A stretch of DNA of 64,000 bases from Chiloscyllium plagiosum. Taxonomy: Eukaryota. Below the pieces are notes generated by a model. The model made no database searches, was not told the origin of the DNA, and was given only the letters and a program-made list of their open reading frames with translations. The stretch lies in assembly GCF_004010195.1 (NCBI RefSeq), contig NC_057758.1, positions 8,765,918 to 8,829,917 of the forward strand, read 5' to 3'. Made by a program: the position numbers and the translations under genes. Below, in pieces: positions 23,116-35,050 of the stretch; within the stretch, counting starts at the first letter, position 1, and each line of letters starts with the position of its first letter.

Positions 23116-23904
23116 GGTCGGGGTAAACTGTGCAGGACAGCTCTGAACTAAGAAAGCTGAACTGTGTGCCCATTGGCATTTTAAACATGGCCTCAGTGCT
23201 TGGGATCACTTATTTTATCCAGGGCATCCGGGCGATGGTGAGTAGCTTCAGTCATAATGGGTGGGAGAACAGGCTGGCATTGAATGCGAAGGACACCATT
23301 GGGTTGCTGGGTAGTTAATGAGGTGAGTTCAATAAGGTATCACCAGGAAACTAACACGACCTCGTCACACTCAATGAAAATGTCACTGAGACAAGTTATT
23401 GTTAGATTCAGCGCAATGAATCGAAGTCTGTACTCACCCTTCTCCATGTAACAAAGGTGCAGACAAATGCTCATTCAATACTCTCCATCATCTGACCACA
23501 CACAAATATCCCGTTCACCCATCATTCCTGGAAACACTGGCTTATGTTGCAGGATACTGTTGAAAAGTTTATATTTCAACATTCTGGAACCTGGGAACAC
23601 ATCCATCCAGGGCATTGTCTCACAATTTCGTCCTCTCTGTCGGTACCCCAAACTCCTCTCATTTGTTGGTATTTAAACTGATTCCCAGGCAATAGCTCTC
23701 TGTCAGTCATGTTCACACCCAAAGTATCCCTTATCATGGCACAGTGTAGGTATGTAGCTATAAATGGATGGGAGCTGCACATTCTGTCACTCCCAGCATA
23801 GGGTGAAAGTTTCCCCACGCTGGACAGTGATCTCAAACAGTGTTGCTGAGCAATGTTAGGGTTAGAGTTAGGGTGGTGGACACAGTTCCACACCCTGGTC
23901 GCAT

Positions 23905-24175
23905 ATCTTATCTGGATGTATCGATCAATGCACTGCTGTGGTCTGCATATCTTTCCTCTCTGGGTAGATTGTGGCTTTTGTTGTACTGTATATCAGCCCT
24001 ATCTGCACAGTGCTCCATGCTGAATTCATTTCTGATCTGGGTTTATCGATAATGCACTGCTATGGTCTGCCCAGTGTTCCAGGGTGGAACAATTGCAGGG
24101 TTGTGTTCAGCAGTACATGAGACTGGTCTGCACAATGCTTCATGCTGAACAGACATCTCCTCCAGATTTATGGTG
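23905..24175. repeat. Degenerate ~125-bp tandem repeat, about 2 copies
   Basis: atctgg...tatcgat.aatgcactgct.tggtctgc at ~23910 and ~24035; tctgcaca.tgct.catgctgaa at ~24002 and ~24127. Confidence 0.7.
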
Positions 24176-24399
24176 TCAGGGCTGGTTCTTTCAGGTGGAT
24201 TGAGAATGTGATATAACTAATCATTCAAGTCAATATGACAATTCTTTTATTTTTGTTCTCATTCTTGTGATTGGACCCTCCAAATTCTGAATCCTCTGGC
24301 TAGTCTCATTCTTCAGTCTACTTGCATATTTCGGCAACTTGTCCCATGAGTGATTGTTCAGTTATAATGTGAATATCTGTCCTGTCTTTTTCCCTGGTC

Positions 24400-24650
24400 T
24401 TTGATGTTGTTCACCTTGGAGCATCGGGATTCAACTCTATAAACCTCAGGAAGGTCACTCCTCAGACTCAACGTTCCAGGGAATATAGTCGCAACCTATT
24501 CATACTCTCTGTGTAGGTCAACATCACCCGCTCCCCAAACATCAGCAACATACTTGTAATTTTTAACTGCACCCTTTCAAGTTTAACAACATCTTTTCTA
24601 TAGCAGGGATAACAGAATTCAAGGCTGCACTACAGAAGTGGCGGAACCCA
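24400..24650 (-). mobile_element. CR1 fragment
   Basis: Antisense CR1 text caacatacttgtaa...tgcaccctttcaagtttaacaacatc...tagcaggga. Confidence 0.7.
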
Positions 24651-24659
24651 GTGTGTAGG

Positions 24660-25061
24660 CAAATGTGAGTACTGCTGGAGATTAGAGTCCAGAATGTGGT
24701 CTGGAAAAGCACAGCATGTCAGCCATCATCCGATGAGCAGTAAAGTCAATGTTTTGAGCAAAAGCCCGATTGCTGTTGAAGGGCTTTTGCTCAAAACATC
24801 GATTTTCCTGCTCCTCGGATGCTGTCTGATCTAGTCTACTTTTCCAGCACCACACTCTGAATCCAGTGTAAATATGAGATGGCCTCCTTCTTCAAAAAAC
24901 GCAATTTCCTCTCCCATATGGTCGACGATGCCCTGCAGCGCATCTTCTCCACTTCCCATACCTCTGCCTTCGAATCCCACCCCTCCAAATGCAACAAGAA
25001 AATAACATCCCTTTTCCTCACCTCCACCCTACCAAACCTCCAGATACAATGAATTTTCCTC
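24660..25061 (+). mobile_element. Penelope-like element: inverted pseudo-LTR pair (24660-24865) followed by a 5'-truncated body, cut by gap
   Basis: Inverted arms gttttgagcaaaagccc / gggcttttgctcaaaac, then MASFFKKRNFLSHMVDDALQRI. Bases 24969-25061 are identical to bases 1-93. Confidence 0.85.
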
Positions 25062-25561
25062 NNNNNNNNNNNNNNNNNNNNNNNNNNNNNNNNNNNNNNN
25101 NNNNNNNNNNNNNNNNNNNNNNNNNNNNNNNNNNNNNNNNNNNNNNNNNNNNNNNNNNNNNNNNNNNNNNNNNNNNNNNNNNNNNNNNNNNNNNNNNNNN
25201 NNNNNNNNNNNNNNNNNNNNNNNNNNNNNNNNNNNNNNNNNNNNNNNNNNNNNNNNNNNNNNNNNNNNNNNNNNNNNNNNNNNNNNNNNNNNNNNNNNNN
25301 NNNNNNNNNNNNNNNNNNNNNNNNNNNNNNNNNNNNNNNNNNNNNNNNNNNNNNNNNNNNNNNNNNNNNNNNNNNNNNNNNNNNNNNNNNNNNNNNNNNN
25401 NNNNNNNNNNNNNNNNNNNNNNNNNNNNNNNNNNNNNNNNNNNNNNNNNNNNNNNNNNNNNNNNNNNNNNNNNNNNNNNNNNNNNNNNNNNNNNNNNNNN
25501 NNNNNNNNNNNNNNNNNNNNNNNNNNNNNNNNNNNNNNNNNNNNNNNNNNNNNNNNNNNNN

Positions 25562-25878
25562 TGTGGGCGGCATGGTGGCACAGTGGTTAGCACTGCTGCC
25601 TCACAGCACCAGAGACCTGAGTTCAATTCCCGCCTCAGGTGACCCACTGTGTGGCGTTTGCACGTCCTCCCCGTGTTTGCGTGCATTTCCTCTGGGTGCA
25701 CCGGTTTCCTCCCACAGTCCAAAAAATGTGCAGTTTAGGTGAAATGGCCGTGGTAAATTACCCGTATTGCTCGACGAAGGGGGAACATGCAGGGGAATGG
25801 GTTTGGTTGGTGGCGGGTCAGTGTGGATTTATTAGGCCGAAGGGCCTGTTTCCACGCTGTAAGTAATCTCATCTAAAA
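25562..25878 (+). mobile_element. HE1/V-SINE (tRNA-derived), near full length
   Basis: A box tggcacagtgg, B box gagttcaattcc, V core tttcctcccacagtccaaa, CR1-like tail gggcctgtttccacgctgt and (aatct)-like end. Confidence 0.92.
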
Positions 25879-26144
25879 TTTCAGAGACAACAAGTAGAAC
25901 AGAATGATCAGTGGATAGTTCGTGTTCCTTAGAAACCTAGGGGGCAATCTGTGTGTGAAACTAGAGAACATTGAGAGATTGTGACATGAGAGCTTCACAT
26001 CTGTTTTACGTGGGAGAAGGAGGAGGCAAGTACAGAATTCGACAAGATGGATGGGGAAATTTTTGAACAGATTGATGTAAAATGCGAGCAGGTATTTGAG
26101 GCTTTGGCTGATAGAAAATTGGACTGATTGCCAGGTCTGACTGA

Positions 26145-26490
26145 ATTGGATTTCAACAGCTTCCTCATTTCCCCTTCCCCCACCTCATCCTAGTTTCTAA
26201 CCTCCAGCAACACTGTCCCCTTGACTTGTCCGGACTTGTCCGACCTGCCCAGCTCCTTTTCCACCTATCCACTCCACCCTCTCCTCCCTGACCTATCACC
26301 TTCATCACCTCCCCCTCTGACCTATTGTACTCTCTGCTTCTCTATCCCCACCCCCACCCTTCTCTAGCTTATCTCTCCACGCTTCAGGCTCTCTGCCTTT
26401 ATTCCTGATGAAGGACTTTTGCCCGAAACGTCGATTTCTCGGGTGCTGCCTGAATTGCTGTGCTCTTCCAGCACCACTGATCCTGAATTG
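26145..26490 (+). mobile_element. Penelope 3' end / pseudo-LTR with hammerhead motif (26405-26432)
   Basis: gatttcaacagcttcctcatttcccc...ctgatgaaggacttttgcccgaaacgtc. Confidence 0.85.
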
Positions 26491-26689
26491 TTCCATAGGC
26501 CGTTGTGGGAGACAAGGGAGGAAATACCCTGACTGAAAAACGTAATTAGAATCTGACCATCGGGGAGGTGCCAGAGGACAGGAAAACAGCTAAAACGATT
26601 CAACTTTACAGTAAGGATGGAAGAGATATACCGGGAACTATACACAAGCAAGTATTAGATCACTGTTTGGACAACTACTGGAGAAAAGT

Positions 26690-26880
26690 GGGAAGGAGAA
26701 AATTGAGCTGAAAATGTGTTGCAGGAATGAGGGAAGTCCTGAAGTCATTCCTGAAGAAGGGCTTATACCCGAAACGTCGATTATCCTGTTCCTTGGATGC
26801 TACCTGACCTGTTGCGCTTTTCCAGCAACACATTTTCAGCCCTGATCTCCAGCATCTGCAGTCCTCACTTTCTCCTCCAA
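26690..26880 (+). mobile_element. Penelope pseudo-LTR with short inverted copy and hammerhead motif (26751-26778)
   Basis: gctgaaaatgtgttgc ... gcaacacattttcagc inverted; ctgaagaagggcttatacccgaaacgtc. Confidence 0.8.
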
Positions 26881-28149
26881 GGATAAAATTGAATCCCAAT
26901 CCGAATGGCAAGGCTTGGTCAGAGATAATAATCATAACGTTATCAGAGGGAAGTCACACCTACCGAATGTGAATTATTTTGAGGAGGTCGCTGAATTAGA
27001 TTTGCAGCAAGGCCTTTGAGAAAGGTCCACATGGGAAAATGAAAAATAAAGTAACATCTCATGGAATCAAGGATAATTTGACAAGTTACAACGAAAATTG
27101 TTTCAGTGGCAGGAGTCAGAGGGTGGTGGGAGAAGGGTGTTTGTGTGACTGGAGACCAGTGTCCCCTGGTGTACCAGAGGGATCAGTGCGGTGTCCCTTA
27201 TTGTTTGTGGTATTCATAAATGGTGCAGATGTGAATCTGCAGGGGGATGGATGAAGGGGGTGGGGGTTGTGATGAGTAAGTTTGTGTTTGCCTGGTTGGT
27301 TGGTAGTGAGGAGGAAGGTCTTATGTTACAGAAAGTTACATCTAGATTGGTCAGATGGGCAGATCAATGGCAGATGGAAAGTCAACCTAATAAGTATGAT
27401 GTGATGCACTTTGGAAGAAGGAACCAGACGGGGAGGACTCAATGAACGGCAGCAAACTAGGAAGATCAGAGTGTGCTTCTCCACACATCCCTGAATGTGA
27501 CTGGACAAGGTAATACGTTGGTTAAGAAGTGGACCTTGGGTGTAGCAACTATTAATTGGGGTGTAGATTATAAGAGCTATACGTGGCTTTGGTGGGGCCA
27601 ATATGGAGTACTGTGTGTAATTCTGTGAGCCACATTACATCAAGGACGTGATAGTACTGGAGGGTGTGCTGAGGAGATTCACCAGAATGTTCCCTGGGAT
27701 GGAACATAGCAGATATGGTGAGAGGCTGGATAAGCTCGGGTTGCTTACTTTGGAGCAGAGGAGGCTGAGGAGGATGTGATTCAGAAGAATAGGGTGATGA
27801 GGAGAATGGAGAGGGTGGATAAACTGCAGCTGTTCCTTTTCGACAGAGGGTCAAGAACAAGGGGGCACACTTTTGAAGTAAAGGGTTTGAGGTTTAGTGA
27901 GGATTAAAAGATAGTTATCTTTCACCCAGAAGGTGTTGCGGTCAGGAATTTATTTCCTGAGAGGAGAGTTATCACGGGTATCCTCACAGCCATTTAAAAG
28001 TGCTTGGACGAGCAATTGGGAGTGTCATAACATTCTAGGCTATGAGCCTGGTGGAGGAAAGTGGGACTATAGGAGATCGTGCTGTATTTCTGACAGTACA
28101 GAGTATATACTCCGGTCTCTGCAAGGTCAGTCATGGAGCGGCCTAATGC

Positions 28150-31100
28150 AGGAATTGACGGGTTCTGAAGAGTATATTCACAAGGGTTAAAAGAGTGAAC
28201 TGTAATAGCTAGTTAAATCATGTCAATGTGAGAAGTATAAGAAAATAATTGCAGCTTCCTTACAATCATAAACCAGAGAACAGGAATGTGGAACAGGGAA
28301 ATGGCAGAACTATGAAGCCACTACCTCAGTTCTATCCTCACTGAACTTTCTAACGATACTAGGAAAACGAAGTCTGATATGGGAAAATGATACAGTACAT
28401 GGAACATAGAACATGGGAAGTAAATGGTTTTGGAGAAATTATTGGGAGTGAAAGTAATGGTCATAGACAACACTAATATGGATTTATGTAATGGGAATTA
28501 CGTTTGTGAAACAGACTGGGAGACAAACGAAACAGAAGCAATGGATGGAACACATTTGCTTTTTCAGAAAAAAATGGTAATGCTTCAAGCTCAGTTAACA
28601 ACTTTAAATCTTAGTGGTTTGGGGCGAATATGTGGACAAGTTTCTAGAATGAGACAGCTGACAGGAAACAGTGAATAGAAATAAACAGACTCGTCAAGAA
28701 ACAGCCTGAAATTGTCTGTAAGGTATGATTCTGTGAGTAAGACCATGTCCCAGAAACCCCATCACCTTCCCCCGATATCTCCTGTCTCACCAGCAGGATA
28801 GACACAGCAGAAGTGGTGGTATAGTGGGATATAGTTGGAAGGGAATTGCACTGGGAATCCTCAACAGTGACTCCATATCCCATGATGTCTCATGGAAATA
28901 GTACACACATGGGAAAGGAAGCCTCCTGCTGATTACCATGTACCAGCCTCTCTCAACTGATGAGTCAGTACTCCTCCATGCTGACCAACGCTTGGAGGAA
29001 ATACTGAGGGTGGCAAGGGCGCAAAATGTACTCTGGTGTGGATTTGTAATGTCCACCACCAAGAGTAGCTCAGCTACAGCATTACTGAATGAGCTGGCCG
29101 GATCTTAAAGGATATAACTGCCAGACTGGGTCTATGGCATGTTGTGAAGGAACCAACAAGAGGAAAATACATACTTGACTACATCTTTACTAATCTGCCA
29201 GTTGCAGAAGTATCTGTCCATGACAGTATCAGTAAGAGTGACCACCGCATAGTCATTGTGGAGGCAAAGTCCCACCTTCACATTGAGAATAACCTCCATC
29301 CTTTTGGGTAGCACTATCACGGTGCTAAATGGGACAGACTTCAAGCAGATATCGCAGCTCTAGTCTGGGTTTCCATAAGGTGCTGTGGGTCAGCAATAAC
29401 AGCAGAATTGTACTCCAGCGCAACCTCAAGGCCTGGCATATTCTCCTCACAACGATTACTATCAAGCCAGAGGATCAACTTTGGTTCAATGAAGTGTGCA
29501 GGAGGTCAGGAGCAGCACCAAGCATAGCTGAAAATGAGGTGTCAGCCTGGTGAAGCCACCACACAGGAATACTTGTGCACAAAACTGCAGAAGCAATAAG
29601 TGATAGATAGAGCTAAGTGATCCCACAAGCAACGGTTCGGATCTAACCTCTGCAGTCCTTCCACTTCCAGTTGAGAATAGTTATGGACAATTAAACAAGT
29701 CTTTGGAGGAGGAGATTCCACAAATATCCCCATCCTTAATGATGGAAGAGCCCAGCACTTCAGTGTAAAAGATAAGGCTGATGCATCAACAAGCTTCAGT
29801 CAGAAATGCTGAGTGGATGATCCATCTCAGCCTCCTCCAGTGGTCTGCAGCGATTCAGTTGCCAGTCATCAACAAATTCGATTCAGTCCATGCGATATCC
29901 AGATTCAGTTGGAAACACTGGATATTTCAAAGGGGACACATGCTGACAACATTCTGGCATTGGAATGAAAACTTGGGCTGTAGAACTTGTCACTGCCCTA
30001 CCTAAACTGTTCCAATATCGTTACAACAACGATAGCTCCCTGATTACGTGGAAAATTACCCAAGTATCTCCTAAACACAAAAAGCAGAACAAATCCAATC
30101 CGGCCAATTACCAACCCGTCAGTCTACTCTCAATCATCAGTAAAGTGATGGAAGGTGTCAGTTCTTTCAAACCGCACCTGCTCAGCAATAACCTGGTCAA
30201 TGACGCTCAGTTTGGGCTCCACCAGGGCCAATCAGCTCCTGATCTCATTACGTTTGTTCAAACATGGACAAAAGAGCTGAAATCCAGAGGTGGGATGAGA
30301 GTAACAGCACTTTAAAACAAGGCTGACGTCGACCAAGTGTGGCATCAAAGGGTGTTAGTAAAACTGGAATCAATGGGTATTGGGGCAAACTTAACGCTGG
30401 TTAGTGTCATACCTGACACGTAGGAAGATGGTCATTGCCGATAAAGGTCAGTCAACTCAGCTCCAGGACAAGTCTGTAGGAGTCCCTCGGGCAGTGGCCT
30501 CGGCCCAAACATCTTCAGGGCTGCTTCATTAATGACCTTCCCTACATTTTAAGGTCAGAGGTGGGGATGTTCGCCAATGATTGCACAATGCTCAGCAACA
30601 TTTGTGGCTCCTCAGATACTGAAGTAGTCCATTTCCAAATGCGACAAGATCTGGACAGTATCCCGCTGACAAGCGGTAAGTAATATTCAGGCCACACAAA
30701 TGCCAGACCGTGACCATCACCACTAAAATACAATCTAACCACTACTACCACTGAATCCACAGTGGACGGCAGCAGTTCAACAAGGCAGCTCACCATCACC
30801 TTCTCAATGGAAACTAGGGACAGGCAATAAATATTGGCCCAGCCAGTCACACCCAGATTTAGGAAATTTTATTTTTAAAGTAACATAGGAAGATTGCTTG
30901 GGCACCATAGGGATCGGTGCTCAGGCCCCAGCTGTTCACATTATCCATTAATCATTTGATTGCGGGAATCAAATACAAGCTATCCCAGCCTGCTGACAGA
31001 CTAAAGGATGTTGAATTGTGAGTGGGTGAGGAGGTTGCAAAAAAGCTTCAAGGTGACTAAGACAAGTGGAGTGAATGGGCAAATACGTTGCAGATGGAAA

Positions 31101-32030
31101 GCAAGGTGGGTAGAGGTGACGGTGTGCCCTTTGGTGGGAACAAGAGATTGGCAGCCTATGTTTGAAACATGTTGATCTACAAAGGGACGTGTACTCCTTT
31201 TTGTTGTTTCGTTCTGAGCAGCCCTCCGAGGTCCCTGCAGCGCAGTGAGTTCTCAACCCAGAGGTCAATACTTGGATGGTATTGTCACGCTGACCAGGGT
31301 ACATAGACCCACCAAGTGGGGAGCTGTAACATTGAAAAGGGTCTGTATCTCCTTGTACACCAGTCACTGAAAGCAATATTGCAGGAAAGAAGGTAGTTAG
31401 GAAGATGAATGGGTGTTGACCTTCATTTCAGGAGGATTTGAATCCAGGAGCAAGGGTGCATTACTGCAGCTGTACAGAGCCTTGGTGAGACCCCATCTCG
31501 AACATTGTGAATTATTATGTGCAGTTTTGGTCACTGTACCTAACAAAGGACAGACCTGACAAAGAGAGAGAGCAGTGAAGAATGACCAGACCGATCTTTG
31601 CGATGACAGGCTTGTTGTGGGAGAAGAGTTTGGGGCGACTGTGCCTGTATTCAATGGGCTTTAGGAAAATGGGTGGTGATCTCTGTGAGATATAAAAAAA
31701 ACTCTGACAGGGTGAGACAGATTGGAAGCAGGGATGATAATTCCCCAGGCTGTGATTTCTAAAACAAGAGGCCACAGTATTAGGTACAGACAGGTCATTC
31801 TTCATTGAGATGACAATAAATGCCTGCACTCAGAGACTGGTGAACCTGGGGAATGCGCTGAAACCTGGAAGCCAACACACTGTATATAAATACGGATTTA
31901 GAGACAGTAAAGGGATGGTAGGAGAGCAGGAGAACGGTGTGGAAATAAAAGGCCGGCCATCATTATACTGAATTGGGTAGCAAACTCGATGGACCAAAGG
32001 GAGTACTGTACTTCCCATTTATAGCTTCCA
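28150..32030 (+). mobile_element. Older CR1 LINE split by the family B insertion (28150-28695 and 30880-32030)
   Basis: RT text stops at ctgacaggaaacagtgaatagaaataaac and resumes at gggatcggtgctcaggccccagctgttcac. It ends in a CR1 3' tail. Confidence 0.7.
28700..30875 (+). mobile_element. CR1 family B LINE (APE and RT remnants to 3' end)
   Basis: LLLITMYQP, SKSDHRIV, KKQNKSNPANYQPVSLLSIISKVMEG, QFGLHQGQSAPDLIT, INDLP, MFAND. Confidence 0.9.
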
Positions 32031-32404
32031 AAGGTTAACCACATTAACGGATATATTCATTGTGGGGGATAAGTGCATTAAGGAGATGTTTGAACATGAA
32101 CTGGAATGGGGGAGACTCAATGTGTTGTATGACCTCCTCCCTTAATGGTGTTTCTGTGTAGTCTGTGGGAAAGTTGTCACAAGCTCTCAGATGTTAGGAA
32201 GGAGATCTCTGCAGGGTAGACAGGATTGTGTGTACTATTCCCTTTTCCGATACCGAGGCTGGTGCCGGGTGTTCGGTCTGGTTTTATTCTTTAAGATCTC
32301 GGAATAGTTTGCAAAAATTGAGTGTCTTGCTTGGCCGATTCAGAGACTATTGAATAGTTTATCACATATCTGTGTGTCTGGAGTCACTTTTAAGGCACAC
32401 CAGG

Positions 32405-32610
32405 AAAGCGCGGGAGATTCACTTCCTGAAAGTCCATTGGAGAACCAAACTGCTGTTGACAATCGACATTGGTTTCAAGGTCATATTACAGACACCAGAT
32501 TTTGCTTGTTATTATTTTATTAATTGTTTTTAACTTCCATCGGCTGCCAGAGAATGAGCCTGGTCTGGATGAATAATCCAGTGAATTTTCCACAACAGCA
32601 CCATCTTCAC
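32405..32610 (-). mobile_element. Degenerate tRNA-derived SINE (non-HE1 family)
   Basis: Reverse complement has cactggatta.tcatccaga.. head and gaccttgaaaccaatgtcgattgtc...tggttc...aatg body. Confidence 0.45.
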
Positions 32611-34674
32611 ATGGGGACCAATCAGAAACCATATTGAGCAGTATATTTCTGTGCTGCATGACAGCTCTGTCAAAAAGAACTCCCAACAATTTGACTATCG
32701 TGATTGTACTGAGGGAGTGGTGATTGGTCAGATTGTAATTATTCCCGTCTTGGGGACGGGACATAGCTGAGTAATTTTGCACATTACAAGGGAGATGTCA
32801 GAGTTGCAGCTGGAATGAAACACCTTCCCCAGGGACACGGTTTGTTGTGCAGCACAAGTCTTCAGTCCTATTGCAGGAATGGTGTCAGGGCCTATTGCCT
32901 TTGTCGTATCTACTGTGTTCAGCTGTTTCTTCATGTCACGTGCAGCGAATCGAATTGGTTGAAGACTGGCATCTGTGATTCTGTGGGCATCATGGCGATG
33001 GTGAGGTGGATCATCGATTCAACACTTCTGGTTCAGGATGGTACAGATACGACATCCTTGTCTTTTACTCTGATGTGTAGGCCTGTTCCATTATTTATGA
33101 TGGGGATGTTTGTGGATCCCTTTCCTCCAGTCATTTGATTAATCGTCCATCACCATTCATGACTGAATGTGACAGGACTGCGGAGCTTCAATCAGATCTG
33201 TTGCTCAAGTTCGGTAAAATTAAGGGGTTAGCATCAGGTTTAGGTTCACGTGGTTCTGATCCTGATATGTTCACCCACAATCATTACTGAAACATAGATC
33301 GTGTTGATGGTACTGGCAACAAAGGGAATTATGCAAAGGAAAATGCTACAGGTGGTGGTTGAATGCTGTTCTGCTTCTCCTGCTGCTGTGGTCTACAGCA
33401 CGACATAAACACGCAGTTTTGAGTTGCAATATCTGCAATGCAATTCTGCTGCCTGTCCCCTAGTTCACATCGAGACCCTTTCACCCATCAGCCCTGTACT
33501 CAGTGACCTACTCTGGTTTCTGATGTGGTAACACTTTCATTTTCATATTCTCATTCTGCTGAGATCATGCTTCCAATCTGACACGTTCCATAAAAAAAAA
33601 TTAACTGGTTTTAATTCAATTGTTTAATTCATCTGAATCTTTTTCCTTGAGTCATACCATCTTCTGTGTTTAAACTTAATGTGTTTCCCTCTGTTTCTCT
33701 CCCTGACCATGATTAAGAGCTGTGTAGTGTCAATGATGCCAGCCTTAGGTAGTTTCAGAGCCAATTAATTCTCTGAATTCCCAATCTTCTTCACCACGTT
33801 GTATGTTTCCTCTTTTGGTTTGATGCCTTACCACTCAAGGCTGCCTTGTCCTCCGATGAGTATGTGTCATCTTTTTTGTGACAATTTCCGGTATCCTCCG
33901 AATTATCCACAGAAAGTCCTGCCATGGTTGCTCCATGGTCTTCCGTGCTCGACTCCCCTTCCAATTAACTCTGGCCAGCTCCTCCTGCATGTCTTTGTAG
34001 TTACGTTGCTCAATTATAATCACATTACATCAAGAAGACTGCAATAGAAATAAACTGAAAGAAGGGGTTTTGAGAGATGGGACATAAAGAATAATTGGCA
34101 GATTTCTTAACGAGATACAAAGAGAGATACGGGAGAGAAAATATAAATGAGGAAATGTGAAAAATGTGAAAACTAGATTATTGAAAGTAGTAGATGCGGA
34201 TCCCTCAATGTTTTCTCAGTTCCTTTTGTGCTGTAGTCCTTTGTACAGTGCAGGTACAACAGAATTCAAATGCTGGGTCTGATGCCAGAATCTTAATCTC
34301 CAATAATATGACCGACACTAGCTTTGAAAAGAACCCAGCAGGCTAATATATTGAAGGCCTAGTAGAAAGGGGATTAACTGAAATAAGTTGGGATACCAGA
34401 AACAAGAGGTTATAACACACATCCTGATAAGAATAAGAAATGAGAGTAGAGTATTCCAGAAAAGGAGGGAACATTGAGAGAAGGGGAACATATCAATTTA
34501 GATGAGCATCAAACAATGTTTTTTAAATTTATACATCATGTGCATCATTTTTCGATATTCATTATTCCGTTATGCATTTAGAATGCGTTATGCACATATG
34601 AAAAATATCTGCACACACATATTGATAAAACAATGTATACAAAATCATTTTTCCGTGGTCCTGTTGTCGTGTTA

Positions 34675-35050
34675 CCAGGATACATGAACACCAATTGGCC
34701 ACCAAAAGGCATGACCCACTTTCATTATGTTCCATAATACAGACAAAGAAGGGCACCACTTTGACTGGAACAACACACGCACATACTAAGACACACAAGG
34801 ACGTTCTTAGAGGAATGACATTTTAAAGAAAAGTCCATCAATAAACACATCAATTTAGATCCTATCTACCTTCTCTTGTAACAGAAAAACCGGAAATGAC
34901 ATCACCCACCTTAAAAAACCAAGACATGTAAATAGAGAGGTGGGACATACCACCAGCACTTCAGCAGAGACTCTCACTGATGATGTCATCTAGTCATGGT
35001 GACGAAACGTCAGATAACACACCTTCAAATTCAGCGAGCTAACTTGCATT
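34675..35050 (+). mobile_element. Penelope-like (Poseidon-type) 3' fragment
   Basis: HEHQLATKRHDPLSL...TDKEGHHFDWNNT...SINKHINLDPIY. Confidence 0.85.
34972..35016 (+). ncRNA. Minimal hammerhead ribozyme motif in a PLE terminus
   Basis: CTGATGA-t-gtcatc/tagtcat/ggtgac (stem II)-GAAAC-GTC. The catalytic core is intact; stem I is imperfect. Confidence 0.65.

Larger units (their letters stand above)
25880..28110 (+). mobile_element. CR1 LINE, 5'-truncated ORF2, interrupted by two Penelope fragments
   Basis: LDLQQ/KAFEKVH, GRSQRVVGEGCLCDWRPVSPGVPEGSVRCPLLFVVFIN, RLVRWADQWQME...VMHFGRRN, followed by the 3' end. Confidence 0.88.

Noticed and set aside
23856..23873. TTAGGG-TTAGAG-TTAGGG
   Set aside because: Only three imperfect units, too short to call an interstitial telomere.
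25566..25640. tRNA-like A/B boxes (also ~62585-62655)
   Set aside because: They are SINE heads continuing into the V-domain and LINE-like tail, not tRNA genes.
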